NCBI RefSeq assembly: GCF_004010195.1
Contig: NC_057718.1
Location: forward strand, 20,400,915 to 20,464,914
Direction of reading: 5' to 3'
Origin: Chiloscyllium plagiosum
Taxonomy: Eukaryota
Length of the DNA stretch: 64,000 nt
The notes under the pieces were generated by a model. That model did not search any database, was not told where the DNA came from, and worked only from the letters and a program-made list of their open reading frames with translations. The stretch's first letter is position 1; each line of letters begins with the position of its first letter. This document shows, piece after piece, positions 1-12,480 of this stretch. The position numbers and the translations under genes are program-made.

Positions 1-3000
1 GATAGTTTAAATGGGCATCAAGGTGACAGTTGGAAGGTAATGTGGGAACTTATGTGGTCCTTCATTTTTGTATAAGAATACAAAAGCTTAAAATGTTTTA
101 AAAGCTGTGGAACCTCTAAATGTTGATGTTCAGACAAACTTGGGTGTTCTCATACAAAGAACAACTTAGCATGCAGGTACAGCAAGCAATTAGGAAGACA
201 TATGGTATGTTGGCTTGACAAGAAGTTGTTTCCACTGCTGGGGAACTGAGTACAGTGGGGCACAGTCTCAGGACAAGAAATTGCTCATTTGGAACTGAGA
301 TGAGGAGAGGTTTCTTCACACCGAGGGTATAAATCTTTGAAATTCTCTACTTCAAAGGGCTTTAAATGCTCTATCATTGAGCATACTCAAGGCAGAGAGA
401 TTTTTCATATCTAGAAGATCACCCATGATTAAATCAAATGGCAGTGCTGGCTTGAAAAGTCGTATGGTCTACTCTTGCTATTTTTAAGCTCTTTTAAAAG
501 CAATGGCCATATATTTAACTTAATATATTATTTAAAGTTGCTGCAGTTGTTTGAAATAATGTAAATTTACCAATAAAGTAGTCAGATCTGTAAGTTTTAT
601 CTTTTGCATTTGACTGAAATCATTTCAAAACTAATTGAACAGAGGCATCAACAAATTATATGATAAAAACTTATAACTAATGTGTTTACCCTATTTATCC
701 AACAGCGTTTGCTCTCCAAAATGTGGTCTCAATATTATTGATAAAGAACATGTAAATACTTGATTCTATGAAGGACTGAAAATTTTATAAATTATACTTT
801 TATTGTTGTTTGCAGTGACAATGATGGAGAGACCAGAAAATACAAATGGAATTCTAATCAACTATTATATCATCAATTTTACCCGATTGATCTCGAACAA
901 TTAATAGAATGAAATGTGTTTCAAATCATCTCTTAAGATCAAACCTTCCTTCGCTTATTTTAGCTAATAATCATTGTTGTACAATCAGCATAACAATTCT
1001 GAGTCCCATAGCTCCTTCATTACAGTTCTCTCCACTCCATGTCCTGCAAGGATTCCACTCCATTCTCCCAGTTCCTTTTTCCTAAGTCGTATCTGTTTGG
1101 ATGATGCCACCTTTCAAAACAGTGCTGTTGACATGGCTTCTTTCTTTAGAATATGCAGCTGTTTGATACAATTCAAAGGCTTGCTAGACCATTTCAGAGG
1201 GCAGTTAAGAGTCAAATGCATTGCTGTAGATCCGGCGTCAATTACCTTTTTCAATCACTTCCTCTTTAACAGATTTTCTTGTTCTGGATGAATAAATCTG
1301 CAGCAAAGGAATTTTGATCTTTTTACTCAAATCATTTTCTAGTCTGTTTCAGTGATGTGCCATTGTCCACATTCATTTTCTTCCAGTTGGTTCCTCAAAA
1401 GTGAAGACATAATTTCCACTTCTTACATAATTTCCTACAAACATTTGTATTACTTTCTCATAGAGTCATAAAGTCATAGAGTCTTACAGCACAGAGACAA
1501 ACCCTTTGGCCCAAACTGATCCATGCTGACCAAAATGTTCATCCACGCTAACCCCACTTCCCTGCACTTGGCCTATATCCTTCTAATCCTTTCCTATCCA
1601 TGTATTTATTCAAATGCCTTTTTAATATTGTTAATGTCCTTGCCTCAACCACTTCCCCTGGCAGCTCATTCCATATACGTACCACCCTCGGTGTAAAAAA
1701 AGTTGCCTCTCAGGTTCCCTTTTATTCTTTTCCCTGTAACTTTAAACTGATGCCCTTAGTCCTTGATTCCCCAACCCTGGAAAAAGACTGAGTACATTCA
1801 CCCTTTCTATGCCTCTCATGATCATATAAGGTCCCCCCTCAGCCTCCTTTGCCCTTAAAAAAAAGTCCTAGCTTATCCAACCTCTCCCTATAACTCAGAC
1901 CATTGAATCCAGGCAACATCCTTATAAATTTCTTCTGTACTTTTTCTAGTTTAATTACATCCTTTCTATAATAAGGTGACCAAAATTTAACACAATACTC
2001 CAAGTGCGGCCCCACCAACATTATGTATAACTGCAACATAACTTCCCAATCTCTACATTCAACGCCCTGACTGATGAAGGCCAGTGTGCCAAAAGCTTTA
2101 TTCACTGCCCTGTCTACCTGTGACTCCACTTTCAGAGAACAATGAATCTGAACTCCAAGATCCCTCTGTTGTACTACACTCCTTAAGGCCCTACCATTCA
2201 CTATGAATCTCCTACCTTGATTTGACTTTCCAAAATACAAGATCTCACACTTACCTATATTAAATTCCATTTGCCATTTCTCACCCCACTTGCACAGCTA
2301 ATCAAGGTCTTGTTACAATTTCTGATAATCTTCCTCACTGTCTATGATACTCTCTATTTTAGTGTCATCAACAAACTTATTAGTCATGCCTTGTACATTC
2401 TCATCCAAATCATTGATATAGATAACAAACAGTAATGGGCCCAACACCAACCCCTGAGGCACTCCACTAGTCACAGGCCTCCAGTCCAACAAGTATCCTT
2501 CCACTATTACCCTCTGCTTCCTACCATCAAGCCAATTTTGTATCCAGTTTGCCAGGTTGGCCTGGATTCCATTGGAATCTAGCCTTCCAGAGCAGCCTAC
2601 CATATGGAACCCGTCAAAGGCCTTACTGACACCTTGCCCTCGTCAACTTTCCTGGTCACTTATTCAAAGAAGTCTAGCAAATTTATGAGGCATGATCTCC
2701 CAATCACAAAGCCATGCTGACTATTCCTAATCAAACCCTGTACTTCCAAATGCATGTATATCTTATCCTCAGAATCTTCTCAAGTAACTTACCTACCACA
2801 GATGTTAAGCTTACTGGTCTATAGTTCTTAAGCTTTTCTTTTCAGCCCTTCTTGAAAATGGTACAACATTCGCTATCCTCCAGTCTTCTGTGACCTCACC
2901 CGAGGCTAACGATGATGCAGAAATGCCAGAGCCTCCCACAATTTCTTCTCTGGCCTCTTACAGTGTTCTGGTTGGGATATACCTGGTCAGGACCTGGAGA

Positions 3001-3070
3001 TTTATCCACTTTTATACATTCTAATACAACCAATGCCTCCTCTGCTATGATGTGGACTGTCCCAAAGATA

Positions 3071-3246
3071 TGTTGCTGGAAAAGCGCAGCAGGTCAGGCA
3101 GCATCCAAGGAACAGGAGAATCGACGTTTCGGGCATAAGTCCAAAATGTCGATTCTCCTGTTCCTTGGATGCTGCCTGACCTGCTGCGCTTTTCCAGCAA
3201 CACATTTTCAGCTCTGATCTCCAGCATCTGCAGTCCTCACTTTCTC
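3071..3246 (+). mobile_element. Palindromic non-autonomous Penelope-derived element (family A) inside the CR1
   Basis: About 60-bp inverted arms; 14-bp TSD ctgtcccaaagata / ctgtccccaagata (3057-3070, 3247-3260). Confidence 0.8.
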
Positions 3247-3857
3247 CTGTCCCCAAGATATCACCACTAACTTCTCCAAGTTCCTAAGTCTTCATGTCTT
3301 TCTCCATGGTAAACACAGGGCAGAAATACTCATTGAGAACCTCGCTCATCTCGTGCAGTTCTACACCTACATGTCTACTTTGGTCCTTGAGGGGCCCTAT
3401 TCTCTCTCTCGCTATTCTGCCTCCTTTAATATATTGAAAGTACCTCTTTGATTCACCCTAATCTATCTCATGCCCCCTTTTCACCCTCCTGATTTCCTTC
3501 TTCAGTAAACTCCTGCATTCCCTGTATACCTTCAAGGATTCCCTTGATCCCAGCTGCCTGTACCTGAGCCACGTCTCCTTTTTTCTGGTCAAAGCCTCAG
3601 TATCTCTTGTCACCCAGGGTTCCCTATTCCTGCCAACTTTGCCCTTCACCCTCACAGGAGCATATAGATTTTGAACTCTAGCTATCTCACATTTAAAGGC
3701 CTCTCACTTGCCAGAAGTCCCTTTACCTGCAAACAAACTAGTCCAATCAACACCTGCAAGCTCCTATCTAACTCCATCAAACTCGCCTTGCCCCAATTTA
3801 GAACTCGAACCTGTGGGCCAATTTTATCCCTCTCTATAACTATTTTAAAATTAATAG

Positions 3858-4519
3858 TGTGGCATTGCTGCTCCTTTAACATGGTTATGTTGTCCTTAGG
3901 TTTTATTTCACAGAAGCCATAAAACACACAGACTCCAAAAAGTCTAAGTTGAAGGGTTTTAGGGCTAATTTAGTTATAGCTAACAGATACTGCCTCAGGG
4001 AAAGCTTTCAAGTTTAAAAAAAAACATTTGTACAGTGAAAGGGGAATGGCGAGTTCTCCCAGCTCAGCTTTTCTCTGGTTTGATTTGGTGTTTTTTTTGG
4101 CAGTGTGGCTATTCACTGAAAAAAGTTAGGCGGTTTTGAAGCTGCTGGACCCAAACAAACAGGTCCATTCTGGTACTCTCTCTCTCTGGCATCTCTCCTG
4201 TAAGACCCTGTGCTTGACTTTAACTTTTGTGCCAAATGGTGTTTGTGGGGATTGTTTCAAGTATTGGGAACAGCATCATTAAGTTGGGATAATCTGTTGG
4301 TTTCCAGATAGGTTAAGTTATTCAGCATTCTGTTCTTTTTTGTTTGTGTTTCATTTAGTAATCTTGTAAATAAATTCTGTTTTGTTTAAAACTAAGTGGT
4401 TTGGCCAGCTGCATCAATCCTTGAATATCCAGGTTACACATACTTAAAACAACTAGCAAAGTTATGATCGGGGCTATTTTCTTGAAATGTTTTGAGGGGG
4501 TCTGGCCTGGTCCATAACA
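3858..4519. mobile_element. Solo LTR inserted in the CR1
   Basis: Begins TG and ends CA; 5-bp TSD AATAG (3853-3857, 4520-4524); CR1 sequence resumes on both sides. Confidence 0.85.
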
Positions 4520-5399
4520 AATAGAACTATGGTCACTGGTCCCAAAGTGCTCCCCCATTGTCACCTCCGTCACCTGTCCTGCCCTATTTCCCAACAGTAG
4601 GTCGAGTTTTGCCCCTTCCCAAATAGGACCTTGTGTATGCTGCTTGAGGAAACTTTCCTGAATGCACTTAACAAATTCCACCCCATCTAAATCCTTAACG
4701 CTCTGGCAGTCCCCGTCCATGTTAGGAAAATTAAAATCCCCTACTATGACAACCCTATTACTCCTGCAAGTCTCCTCAGTCTCCATGCATATTTGTTCCT
4801 CTAATTCCCGTTGACTACTTGGGGACCTGTAGGACAACCCCAAAAATGACACCATCCCCTTCTTATTTCTTAGCTCACCCACAAAGGCTCACTGAATGAT
4901 CCTTCAGTAATTTCATCTCTGATTACTGCTGTGATACTCATGGTCCAATTCCTTTTCAGGTTTGATCTTTTTCTTCAGTTTTATCAGTTCAGTTGTCTTT
5001 GTTTCAGATTTATGCATGGAACTCTTACACAAAGTTTGACAACTTTACATTTGCATTCTAAATTTCAAAATTTTCCCATCTTTGGTTACTGATTGCTCCT
5101 TAGATCTTGCAATTAACTTATCAGATTCACATTCTCCTCCTTAGATTTTTCTATAGCTGCTTTTAAAAATGTTCTGTGAAGCAATAACAAATGCTATGGA
5201 AAAGGGCAGCCTGTAGGCATTCTTTATTTGGACTTCTTGATGGCATGTAACGAGGTAAAGGTGCCGTAGTCATACCGGACCATATAACCGCTCTCATTGG
5301 AGAGAGATAACTGATGATGGTTTAACCTGAGGGTCACCAGGTCTTGGGTGGGGGAGGGGTTGAGAGGAAAGTCCTTCATACACGTTAAGATGCTTATAA

Positions 5400-7250
5400 C
5401 ATCTTGTAGCTTTTGAGGATAACATATTAGCATAGGTAGAAGATTGGCTGGCTGACAGAAAACAGAGATAATGCATTACTGTGTCTTTTTCAGACTTGGC
5501 AGGATATGATGAGTAGGAATCTACAGGGATCTGTGCTGTTGTCTCAACTTTTTGTAATTTATATCAATGGCCCAGATGAGGGCAGTGAAGACATTGGAAG
5601 CTAAATTTGCAGATGACACAAAGGTAAGTAGGAAAGTATGTTATGAGGAGAATGTACGGAGGATGCAGACTGATATATATAGGTTGAGTGATTGGGCAAA
5701 ATCTGCCAGATGGAATATAATGTGGGAAAATATGAAGCCTCCTGCTTGTCTAAGTTGATCCCTTTGGCAGGAAAAAAAAATTAACAATTATTTGAACAGA
5801 GAATGAGTGCAGAATTCTCAGGTACGAGGTGTTCCAGTGCATGAGTCATAGAGGTTAGTGTACAGGTACAGCAAGTAATTTAAAAGGCTAATGGAATGCA
5901 ATCATTTACATTGTGAGAATTGAACATAAACATTGGTAAGGCCACAGTTGGAGTACTGTGTGTAGTTCTGGTCACCACACTATAGGAAGGATGTGATTAC
6001 ATTGTTTGGTGGGTGGGCGGAAGGGTGGAGTGCAGTGGAGATTCATCAGGACGTTGCCTAGGTTAGAGCTTTGTAGCTATGAAAATAGGCTGGATAGGTT
6101 TGGATTGTTTTCTTTGTAGCAGAGAAGGCTAAGGGGGCACCTGATTAAGGCATAAAGGTTATGAGGGGCATGGACAGGGTGGATAGGAACAAAAACAAAA
6201 ACAGAAATTGCTGGAGAAACTCAGCAGGTCTGGCATCAATTCTGAGGAAGAGTCACTGGACTCGAAATGTTAACTCTACTTTCTCTCGACAAATGCTGCC
6301 AGACCCACAGTTTTTGCAGCAATTTCTGTTTTTTGCTTCAGATTTCCAATATATTCAGTCTTTTGTTTTTATGTATATAATGAGAGAGAAAAAATACACA
6401 ATTGTGAATAGACTTTTAAAAAAATATATATAGTGAGACAAAAAAACATGGTTTTGAATAGACTTTTTTCCCACCACCAGGAAAACACCTGTGTGGCCAA
6501 CTGTATATTAACAAGCAAAGCCTGTTAAGGTCGTGCTGACATTAAAAACAGTGATGGGTGGGGGTAGGGAGAGATGTAAGGGACCATACTCTGTCCTTTG
6601 TTTCATTTATGGATAGGAAGTCACTATTCCCCTTAGATGAAGAGTCAATGATAGGCATAACTTTAGGGTGAATGGCAGGAGGTTTAGATGGGATTGAGGA
6701 AAGCCTTTTTCATCTACAGGTTGGTTGGAATCAGGAATGCATTGCTTGGGAGGGTCATAGAGTTGGGAAACTTCACAACCTCAAAAAACATGTGGATGAG
6801 CATTTAAAATATCATAACATTCAAGACCATGGGCCAAGTTCTGGAAAGTGGGATTAGTGTAGATAGGTCAGTGCAAACTTGTTTGATTCTACAAAAATAT
6901 GTAAAGCTTCAGTTATACCAGGCATTGGTGAGACTACATCTTGAAAATGCGTAAAGTTGTGAGAAAGGCAGTTTGAAGAAGGGTTACTAGACTAACACCT
7001 GGAAGGAATAGGTGGGCTTATGAGGAAAAGACTTGGCTTGTTTCTACTGGATTTTAGAAGGGGTGACTTGACTGAAGTTTATAAGATTCTGAACTGTCCT
7101 GTGAGTATGTCGAGGATATTTTGTCTTGTGGGTGAGTTCAGAACATGGGGGTACAGTTTAAAATTTAGGTGTGACCCTTTTAGGACAGAGATAAGTAAAT
7201 TTGTTTTTCTCTCAGAGGATTGTTTGCCTTTGGAATTCTATCCCTCAAAA
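5400..7250 (+). mobile_element. Old degenerate CR1 RT and 3' fragments with nested repeats
   Basis: KFADDTK in ORF 5567 and LEYCV-FW-like 3' ORF2 sequence; many stops. Confidence 0.7.
6195..6370 (+). mobile_element. Palindromic Penelope-derived element (family B) with hammerhead-like core
   Basis: Inverted arms aaaaacagaaattgctg / cagcaatttctgttttt around CTGAGGA-A-GAGTC-actg-GACTC-GAAA at 6242-6267. More degenerate relatives at about 21228-21390 and 52415-52550. Confidence 0.7.
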
Positions 7251-8975
7251 GACAGAATTCCAAGAGAGAACCCAGCTTTTTGCTGTAATAGAGAGAGGAA
7301 TAATAGCTTACGCATCCAGCTTCAAGACCCCAGCAACAACTGAAAGTTAAACTAAAATCCTGGTTCTGTGGGAGTTTGACCCCATGCCTTCATCCTGCTT
7401 CTAGTGTTTCAACTTCAACAAAAAAAACCAAAGCCTCACAAGCTGTTTACTGTATTGGTTTGGAACAGACCACTTGATAACTCTGTCTCAACCTCTTAAA
7501 ACAAACCAGGACAAAATACACCTCTTAAAGACATAGTATCATCACAGGCATAATTCTCCTCCAATTTAATTCATGACTCAATGCAAACACGATGGGCCCT
7601 TCCTCTCCATTCAGTAAGATTTACCAAAGTGCAGCGTCACACACTAACTGTAGTGGTAACTTTGGGTTGAAATAAGTTAACACTTCTAACATTTTTAAGC
7701 TTGCTTCACATGCTAGTAAGACCGCTCAGATTCTAGGATTAATTTCCAATGGCCACTGCTTTCCTAGAAACTGATAGAAGGGTTTTAGCACGGTTGCCAG
7801 ATCCAAAACGAGCTCGCCTTAGTCACAAGAATTATGTCAGTTGAGACACATTCTCTCATCCAGGAGTTTTCATGATAGCCTCCACCTTCTTGGCATCATT
7901 GTGTAATCCCTTACTTTTGATTACATGGCCCTGGTACTGAATGAAGTCGTTAAGAAAACTCATTTCTCCATTTTTACTAGAAAAGCATGCTATTGTGACC
8001 ATTTAGGGTTTCTTCTAGGTTTCTCAAAAGCTGTTCCTTGGAGGAGTTAGCGACCAAAATATTGTGTAGATTTAAGACAGGACTTTTGGCAATCCACTTA
8101 AAATCTAGTTCACGACCCTCTGGAATAAAGCCAGCACTGATCTGGTGCCAAAGGAACTCACATGCAGTGCAAAAGTGTGTCATTGTCATCAATAACAGCT
8201 GAGACTCCTTCACAACCCTGTAAGTAGGCTTTTTTCTTCTTTTCCCCTTGCCAGTCCACTAAATAGGTCTTTTAGGAGTGAAAATGGATATTGATCTGCA
8301 CTCAGGGCTTTGTTGACTGTGATCTTAATGACACCACAATTCATCATGCACAATGCAACTTTAATTTTTGTATCCAAGAGCTTCAGAACAATCCACAATA
8401 TTGGCCTTCGAGTACATATAATTTTCTGCACACTAGTCCTTTAACAGTACTTTCATCCTTCGTAAGGTGAAATAACCTTTCAGTGGCATCACTTGTTCTA
8501 TGCATGTCCAGAGTGTAATCTTTGCACCTTTCAATGGTAGTGCCCTTCACTTCTCGATGTTGAGTGACTTGGGAATCAGAGACACCCCTATGCTCATATC
8601 CACTTACATCTTTACGGTCTTCCCTTCTAATTTGGGAAGAACCCAAAAACATTTGCTTCACCCTGTACCAACATAAGTTTAACCAATTCTCTGCTGACTC
8701 TGGATCTTATGCTTCTTCTACAGTCCCAGCTGACTCCCTGTATACTCCCTGGCTGACAACATGTACCTTATGCCTTGTCCTCAGAATTGTTTCTTTTTGA
8801 CTTCTCTTTCTTGTTTGGGTTGTAACCTGCAATTTTGTGCAATTTGGCCAACTTTTTTACATTTTCAGCACTAGATTTCTCCAGTCCAATATTGTTACTT
8901 CTTGTAGCCAAACCTGCCACATCAACACATTCTCTGTTTAGTAGCACACGCTGCCAAACTTCCATTACTTTATGC

Positions 8976-9171
8976 TGAAAATGGGTTGCTGGAACAGCGC
9001 AGCAGGTCAGGCAGCATCCAGGGAACAGGAGAATCGACGTTTCGGGCATGAAGAAGGGCTTATGCCCGAAACGTCGATTCTCCTGTTCCCTGGATGCTGC
9101 CTGACCTGCTGCGCTGTTCCAGCAACACATTTTCAACTCTGATCTCCAGCATCTGCAGACCTCACTTTCTC
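8976..9171 (+). mobile_element. Palindromic Penelope-derived element (family A) inside the Gypsy remnant
   Basis: About 70-bp inverted arms; direct repeat cttccattactttatgc at 8959-8975 and 9172-9188. Confidence 0.85.
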
Positions 9172-10069
9172 CTTCCATTACTTTATGCACCAGTGCACTG
9201 TTACCGAACTAGCTACCAACTCCATCAGTTTTCTCTTTGTTAGGAGCTCTGTTGATTGCCTTCATGTTGGAGGCCTCAAACCTCAGTCCCACAAGGCATC
9301 CAGGAAGAACCATCTGAATTCATGATTTTCTGCTAACTCTTTTAAGACGTCTATGAATTAGGCAATGGACCCTCCTTCCTGTTGTACCCTTTATAAAAAT
9401 AGAAACATTCCATGATAATCAGTGGCTTTTGTGTAAAAGATCTTTCCAACATTTTACATCGTTCTTTACAGGTCTTCCCCTGCTTTTTGCAGCAGACTCC
9501 TTAAAATTGACAAGGTCTTGTTCCTGATGATGCTCAACAAAACCAGTTCTATTAAATTTTTAGCCACTTTGTTTGCCCTGAAGTATTCATTAAAACATTT
9601 GGTGTACAGAATCCAACTTTCTGTCTCTTTGTGAAATATTTCCATTGCTACAAATTGGCTTGCCATTTTGATTTCCCAATGGTGGGAATGTTTCCCACTA
9701 CTCAAGTCCAAGTCCAAGAGGTAGACCGTCACAACTGAGTCCCCTCGGTGAATGCTCTCTGCAAACACTGTCGGTAAACTCTTCGATGGAGTACTCCCCT
9801 TTTCAGCCATTAGCTGCTGCCCAAGTCCTTTCATGACAACCACTCTTGCCCCGTTCCCTGGTGAATATCCTACATCTCCTCACGGCCGCTTCCTTATGTT
9901 TTGGTCTGTCTCCCAGCAAGTCTAGCATGCTACCTCCACAAGACCACACCGTTTGCAAAGTCCAGCAGCACACAAGTTAATGGGCAGTGAATCAGCCTTG
10001 TTGCCAGTTATGATGTTTGGGATTGATTATAAATTATAAAAAGACCACAAGATATTCCTGTAGAAACTT

Positions 10070-10666
10070 CAATTGAAGAATGTGGTGCTGGAAAAGCACA
10101 GCTGGTCAGGCAGCATCTGAGAAGCAGGAGAATCAATGTTTCAAGCCTAAACCGTTCATCAAGAATGAGGTTTGTGGCCCAAGGTAGCTGAGAGATAAAT
10201 GGGAAGGGGGTGGGGCTGGGGGAAAAGTAGCTGGGAATGTGATAGGTAGATGAAGGATAGAATGCCTTGGGACCATCCAACCATACAGATATGGATTTCA
10301 CCAGTTTCCTCATTTCCCCTCTCCCACCTTATCCCAGATCCAACCTTCCAAATCAACACCGCCCTCTTGAACTGTCCTACCTCTCCATCTTCCTGCCCAC
10401 CTATCCGTTCCAACCTATCACCTTCATCCCAGTTCATCTACCTATCACATTCCCAGCTACCTTCCATACCTGCTCCGCCCCAGTCCCACACCCCCCCCCC
10501 CTCCCATTTAAGACTCAGCCCCCTTAGGCCACAAGTCTCATGCCTGATGATGGGTTTATGCTCAAAATGTCAATTCTCCTGCTCCTCAGATGCTGCCTGA
10601 CTGGCTGTGCTTTTCCAGCATGACATTCTTCAACTCTGATGTCCAGCATCTCTGGTCCTCACTTTC
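10070..10666 (+). mobile_element. Longer family-A Penelope-derived element with about 190-bp inverted 5' arm
   Basis: 15-bp TSD ttcctgtagaaactt (10055-10069, 10667-10681); 10072-10260 is inverse to about 10430-10633; decayed hammerhead core at 10544-10570. Confidence 0.8.
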
Positions 10667-11117
10667 TTCCTGTAGAAACTTGAACCAGGCAGAGTTTATT
10701 TCATATCTTTACAGCTGCACAATCTAATCTAGACTGTCCCCAGCTGCCCCATCTGGTTTACCTGACCCACTCTCTTAAAGGTGCAGCATACACCCCAATG
10801 ACACACGTAAATAATATTTGCCTCAATTACTCTGTGGTACGGAATTGTCCATTTTTTACCACTCTTTGGGTAACACAATTTCTTCAGAATTCTCTATTTG
10901 ACTAAAAGGTAACTATCTTACATTGATGACTTCCAGTTTTGGTTTTCCTCACAAAGTGAAATACACTCTGTTTCTAATTTTTAAAGATCCTGTTCCCAGA
11001 GAAAAAGGAACAGATATTCTGAAAATTTGAGATAAGATAAATAGAATAAGAGAGACTCAAATCCATCATATAAAATATCAACACAAACTTTCGGACTGAA
11101 TGGCCTGTTTCTGTTCT

Positions 11118-11210
11118 TTGAAGAAGGGCTTATGCCCGAAACGTCGATTCTCCTGCTCCTTGGATGCTGCCTGACCTGCTGCGCTTTTCCAGCAACACAT
11201 TTTCAGCTCT
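11118..11210 (+). mobile_element. Short family-A Penelope-derived fragment
   Basis: Nearly identical to 61628-61719 (tgaagaagggcttatgcccgaaacgtcgattctcc...). Confidence 0.85.
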
Positions 11211-11559
11211 TATTCTATTAATAGGCAATCTTTAAACCTATGGAATGGGGGCCTCCAGTGGTAATGTCTTAACTCTTGGGCCATGCACTGGATGGGTGTG
11301 TCATAAGATGTATAAACAAGTTGGTTTTAAAATATTTTTACGCCTCTAGAATTAAGGGATTGTTGCGTTATTGAATCGAACATGTTTTACATGAGAAGTT
11401 TAAACTCTGAACCTCAGCTAACTGATAAAATGGAAAGAAGCGACGTACCAATAAAAGCAGCTGCCGTGTGCCAACATTTAGTTCTCTCAACCAACAACAT
11501 TTGCGATTTATAGACAGTCATCGTCAAGTGTAAACTATCTTCCAGTGTTTGCTTAGATC

Positions 11560-11868
11560 TTCAAAAATATTTTTTTTGGCGTGAAAAATAAAGTTTCACG
11601 CAAGCAGACAACTGGGCGAAAGTTTGACAGGGCGGGTGAGAAGAGTTGCTCCTGACCGGGAGATGGCGCCTTCGGCGGAGACCACCTCTGATTGCATCGC
11701 TAAGTTGATGCGTTTTTTTGGCTTTTGTTTTTAACGGTCGCTGTTTGAACAGTTGGAAGGTTCCCGCGACTTGGGCCGCGCGGGGAGACCGTTGTGACTC
11801 CAGACGGCGGCGGGAAGAAGGATGTATCATAGCGTCCAGTTAGAGCTGCTGGTGGATTTGGGCTAGAG
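11560..11868 (+). promoter_or_regulatory. HYLS1: CpG-rich HYLS1 promoter and putative non-coding first exon (donor GAG|GTGGGT at 11868/11869)
   Basis: Clear CpG-dense non-repeat stretch 200-500 bp upstream of the first coding exon. GC box GGGCGGG 11630-11636, YY1-like AGATGGCG 11661-11668, E2F-like sites, a donor at 11869, and an acceptor tctccag at 12061-12067 just before the ATG. The TSS cannot be determined. Confidence 0.65.
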
Positions 11869-12069
11869 GTGGGTGTTCAAGTCAAGGCATTTAAACGGGG
11901 GTGGGGTTTAATTAGTTTGAGGAACGGTGGACTAGCTGCGTCTGTCATTGTGGAGATCTGGCTGTTGGATAGGTCCTTCTGAAGATAATTTCTTCTCTGG
12001 TTTTAATTTTCTCAGTCTTGAATTATGACACTGTGATGCTAAAATGACATTTTTATTTTGTCTCCAGCA

Positions 12070-12169
12070 ATGGCAGGACTCGATTTTACAGACCAGGATA
12101 TTCGTGAGCAATTGGATTTGTTGGGCTACCGCAATGTCCCAGAGCATCAACTTCGAGAGTTCAGAAAAG
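12070..12169 (+). CDS. HYLS1: HYLS1 coding exon 1 (MAGLDFTDQDIREQLDLLGYRNVPEHQLREFRK)
   Basis: Acceptor ctccag|CA ATG G; 100 nt; donor G|gtaaga; phase 1 joins the next exon in frame. Confidence 0.85.
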
Positions 12170-12480
12170 GTAAGAAGCTGCCTCACGACCAGCTGTAGAC
12201 ACAGGAAATAGCTTCTCATGTGGGTTTTTTGTTTTGTTTAATACTGTCATCAGAATTTAACTGATGAATCGAGATTTCATTTTACTCCTTTCATTCAGCT
12301 GGCCGTAATGATTGGGATTTTGCCATCGTACTTTGATCAAATGGACACTTTGAAGTATTGATGGATTGTTTCGAACTGTGACCATTCCTGTTCTGACCAG
12401 AGTGAAGATGTAGAGGAAAGGAGGAACATCGCCGTCTGATTGCAGGATCCTAACATTAAATAGAGTGAAGGGTTTTGTGA

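Larger units (their letters stand above)
1461..4940 (-). mobile_element. CR1-clade LINE, 5'-truncated and degenerate, with nested insertions
   Basis: Minus ORFs encode APE endonuclease (VGDFNFP, LDLLLGN, SDH) and RT (GVPQG, FVDDTK) fragments. Tandem 3' tail (catagagt)n at about 1460-1485. Confidence 0.92.
7560..10805 (-). mobile_element. Degenerate Ty3/Gypsy LTR retrotransposon remnant (gag, RT, PBS, probable 5' LTR)
   Basis: Gag-like WILYTKCFNEYFRANK...LLSII (ORF 9466). RT-like KITVNKALSADQYP...DLFSGL (ORF 8210) and QYQGHVI..GLH....KVEAI (about 7880-7940). PBS-like TGGCAACAAG at about 10006-9997. LTR limits are approximate. Confidence 0.75.

Noticed and set aside
816..904. Alternative frame ERPENTNGILINYYII resembling a fibronectin type III PxxxNGxIxxY motif
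   Set aside because: It lacks the preceding Trp, stops after about 29 codons, and has no further FN3 exons.
2912..3256. Recurrent peptides MCCWKSAAGQAASKEQENRRF and MPETSILLFLGCCLTCCAF (also about 8768-9190 and 61521-61721)
   Set aside because: These are translations of the family-A repeat, not a gene family.
11663..11866. Upstream ATGs at 11663 and 11822 as alternative HYLS1 starts
   Set aside because: Both frames stop before the donor at 11869, so at most they are uORFs, depending on the unknown TSS.
11561..12219. Minus-strand ORFs at the CpG island suggesting a divergent gene
   Set aside because: No recognisable protein and no downstream minus-strand exons found in 1-11.5 kb.
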